64,000 bases of DNA from Podarcis pityusensis (Eukaryota). The notes beneath the pieces are model-generated. The model saw only the letters and a program-made list of their open reading frames with translations. It had not been told where the DNA came from and searched no databases. The translations under genes and the position numbers were made by a program. Of the stretch, positions 61,603-64,000 are shown piece after piece (positions within the stretch are counted from its first letter, which is position 1; each line of letters begins with the position of its first letter). The stretch is taken from the NCBI GenBank assembly GCA_964106645.2, contig OZ067042.1. The stretch is one strand, 5' to 3'.

Positions 61603-63563
61603 GCTAACAGAGGATTAGATCCTCATGGCTCGATCCAATGCATCTTTGCACAGCAGAAAGTCCAACTTTCCCTCGAGTAAGTGCATAAGACTTCTGTCCC
61701 AGGCTGCTATGGCCAGGATACTGACCGAAGTTTCAGTGAAGTCAATGGAAGTTGTAGGGTGCAGGTCGCTCGTGAAATCCAGGTAGGCACCTTGACTTAA
61801 CTACAGTGCGGATCAGCAAGTGCTGGGACTATGGAAGGCCTCTAGAACAGGGAAGTATTTTTTAAAAAGAGAGGAACAGCTGGTATGTGAGGTGGGTGCC
61901 TGCTGCCCACTGATGGGAAAAAGAGTTGATTTTGCCCTGGTACGCACGACTTTCTCTCCACGTTGCTCACGGTGTGACCTTGGGACGATCTCTCAAACAG
62001 CAGCACCCTCAGGTCAAACCCGGGGATGTGTTTGTGTGACCGAGAGATTTTTGGCAGGGAACCAGCGTTGGGCCAGTCGGGATCGCTTCTTGCTGCCTGA
62101 TCCAGATCTGGGCTCCCTGTCTAGTTGTTTTGAAAGTGGGTTTAAGGTAACCTGCCCTTTCTGCCAGATCTACACCGCAGGATTGTTCGGAGAACATGAG
62201 GAGAAGCGAACTGCTTGAGTGTGCGGCATAAAGATATAGCAATAAATCTTTACAAATTAATAAATCCTAGAGAAACAGAAGTTGGCTGTGGTTGCACCGT
62301 CGTAATGAGGAAGCGCCATTTGTCTAGGAATACAAAGCGGTGCCTTAGTACAGAAACCGGATTATTTGTCCGAGTACGGATTGGTGTTTTTTGCAGGGTG
62401 GGCAACTTCAAAGTCTTTATGAATTTACTAGCGGGGGGGACGGGGACTGCAGGGTCACAGCACCGTTTGCGAAGTGGGGCAGCGCTTTAACTATCCGGGA
62501 AAGCCCGATCCTACGCGTGTTTACTCCTCCAGTAAAACAAGGAACAGATAAAGTCCCTCTCTGGGAAGCAGACCTCATGGTTTACTCCGAAGTAAAGATC
62601 GAAGCCAGGCTCCCAAACCATGGAAACGAAGAGAACTACTAGACAAGGCACAGGGGGGAGGGGGTTATCAGTTCATTTTTAATTATGCTTTTATGATGTA
62701 TCTCTCTCTTGTGAACCGCCCTGCGATCTACGGATGAAGGGCGGTATTTTAAAAAATAGTAAATAAATGACACAGGATTGGAGCCCAAGTTTAAAGGCAC
62801 GGGAGGGAGGGGGAGACTCTTAAATGTATTGCAAAACATCGCCGTTGATTGGAGTTGGGAGCACGTCTGAAATGGCTCTTGGATGCACGCGACTGACTTG
62901 CCTTAGGTTGAGTCGCCGGGCCTGTTTTTGCGATGCAGTCCTAAACTATGGAGTGGCTCTTACATCTGCGCAAGTGCGCGCAGGATCTAGCGCAACGTGT
63001 GGCATGCTCACTTCGAAGCGGTGGGTGCGCCGCTGGACCGAAGTTCCACAGGGCTTCCTTCCTTCCTAAAGTGTTGAGCTCCATCACCCGATGATCCGAA
63101 GAGGCATTAGGAGCAACTCACTAACCCTGCTCTTTTCAATGGCCTGAGCGAAACCAACTCGGACCAGAGCAGAGCAACCCAACTGTGTACGCCTACTCTA
63201 GACGGCAGCCTCGTTGCGCGCCTAAGTGTCCACAAACGCTTCCACAGTAGGGCAGGGTCCTTCCTGCTGGCAGCCCCGGAGCATTTGGCTGCCTTTACAG
63301 GAGAATAGACCTTATTGGGAACCCAGCGAAGGTCTCCTTCTGAGCCACTGCGCCTAGGTTCGCCCTAGACGGCTGGTTGACCCAAGCGCACCTGCCTTTC
63401 CCAGTCAAGCTGCTTGCTTGGCTTGGCTTGGAGGACATCTGCGGAGGGAGGAGAGGCGCTCAGCATCCGCTTTGCAACTGTGGCTGGCTCCCAAGTGCTT
63501 TCTGCAGAGCGCAGGAGAGAGGCGGAGACCGGGAAGGCGCAAAGGCAGGCAGAGTGCATCGAC

Positions 63564-63677
63564 GGGGCGGAGCCTGCCGGGCCCGAGGGGCAATTAAGGA
63601 TGAACTTTCGGTGAACTAATTGATCGCACGGCCCAAGGTAAAGTGGGCAGCGACCTGGGCCGAGGATGCCTATAAAA
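63564..63677 (+). promoter_or_regulatory. CYP26A1: CYP26A1 core promoter: GC box, RARE, TATA
   Basis: GGGGCGGAG at 63564-63572; TATAAAA at 63671-63677, 130 bp upstream of the ATG. Confidence 0.9.
63601..63617 (-). promoter_or_regulatory. CYP26A1: Proximal CYP26A1 RARE (R1, DR5)
   Basis: TGAACT ttcgg TGAACT (AGTTCA-n5-AGTTCA on the - strand) flanked by CAATTAA/TAATT, as in the conserved vertebrate CYP26A1 proximal promoter. Confidence 0.95.
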
Positions 63678-63806
63678 GGGGGCCCCCGCCGCGGCGCTGG
63701 GCCCTTGCGCTCACTCGCCAGCCCCCGGGGGAAGTCTGCCAGCCTGCCCGCCCGCCTGACGGCAGGTGCCCGCCCCGCTCGCTGCAGCCCGGCCCCGGCG
63801 GCCAGC

Positions 63807-63998
63807 ATGGGTTTCTCTGCCTTGCTGCCCAGCGCTGTGCTCACCTTCGTGCTGCTGCCGCTGCTCCTCTTCCTGGCCGCAGTGAAGCTGTGGGACTTGT
63901 ACTGCCTGCGCGGCCGCGATCCCAGCTGCCCGCTGCCCCTGCCCCCGGGCACCATGGGGCTGCCCTTTTTCGGGGAGACGCTGCAGTTAGTGTTGCAG
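63807..63998 (+). CDS. CYP26A1: Cytochrome P450 26A1, coding exon 1 (gene continues beyond the window)
   Basis: Kozak-like gccagcATGG; MGFSALLPSAVLTFVLLPLLLFLAAVKLWDLYCLRGRDPSCPLPLPPGTMGLPFFGETLQLVLQ|gt, matching the CYP26A1 N-terminus; synteny with CYP26C1. Confidence 0.97.
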   Translation, partial: MGFSALLPSAVLTFVLLPLLLFLAAVKLWDLYCLRGRDPSCPLPLPPGTMGLPFFGETLQLVLQ

Positions 63999-64000
63999 GT

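Noticed and set aside
62662-62675. Imperfect DR2 GGGTTA-tc-AGTTCA
   Set aside because: Mismatch in one half-site and adjacent to a repeat-like tail; weak evidence.
63365-63955. 196-aa minus-strand ORF
   Set aside because: Antisense shadow of the GC-rich CYP26A1 promoter and exon 1.

Overview
Vertebrate (eukaryotic) genomic DNA from a squamate reptile, probably a lacertid lizard (inferred from Sauria SINE, Squam3-type SINE, BovB, CR1/L2 and palindromic MITE content). All recognisable genes are on the + strand in the conserved order EXOC6 - CYP26C1 - CYP26A1. The window holds the last three constitutive coding exons of EXOC6 (with a ~27.9 kb intron), the complete six-exon CYP26C1 CDS (~618 aa, with a much enlarged exon 5), and the promoter and exon 1 of CYP26A1 with the classic proximal DR5 RARE. 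The best second-look items are: a frame-preserving 12-nt EXOC6 microexon (adds VHRG); a chain of minus-strand splice signals suggesting an antisense transcript across two distal DR5 RAREs; a 53-bp near-perfect inverted repeat with a template-switch signature upstream of CYP26A1; a pre-miRNA-sized hairpin in CYP26C1 intron 3; DR2 and PBX-HOX/MEIS motifs inside the EXOC6 intron; and a Cys/His-rich CYP26C1 insertion carrying a PPLPPR motif. There are no CRISPR arrays, rRNA or intact tRNA genes. I found no wholly new gene system that I can support; the novelty candidates are regulatory or isoform level. Coordinates were read by eye: exon boundaries are exact to my count, repeat boundaries are approximate.
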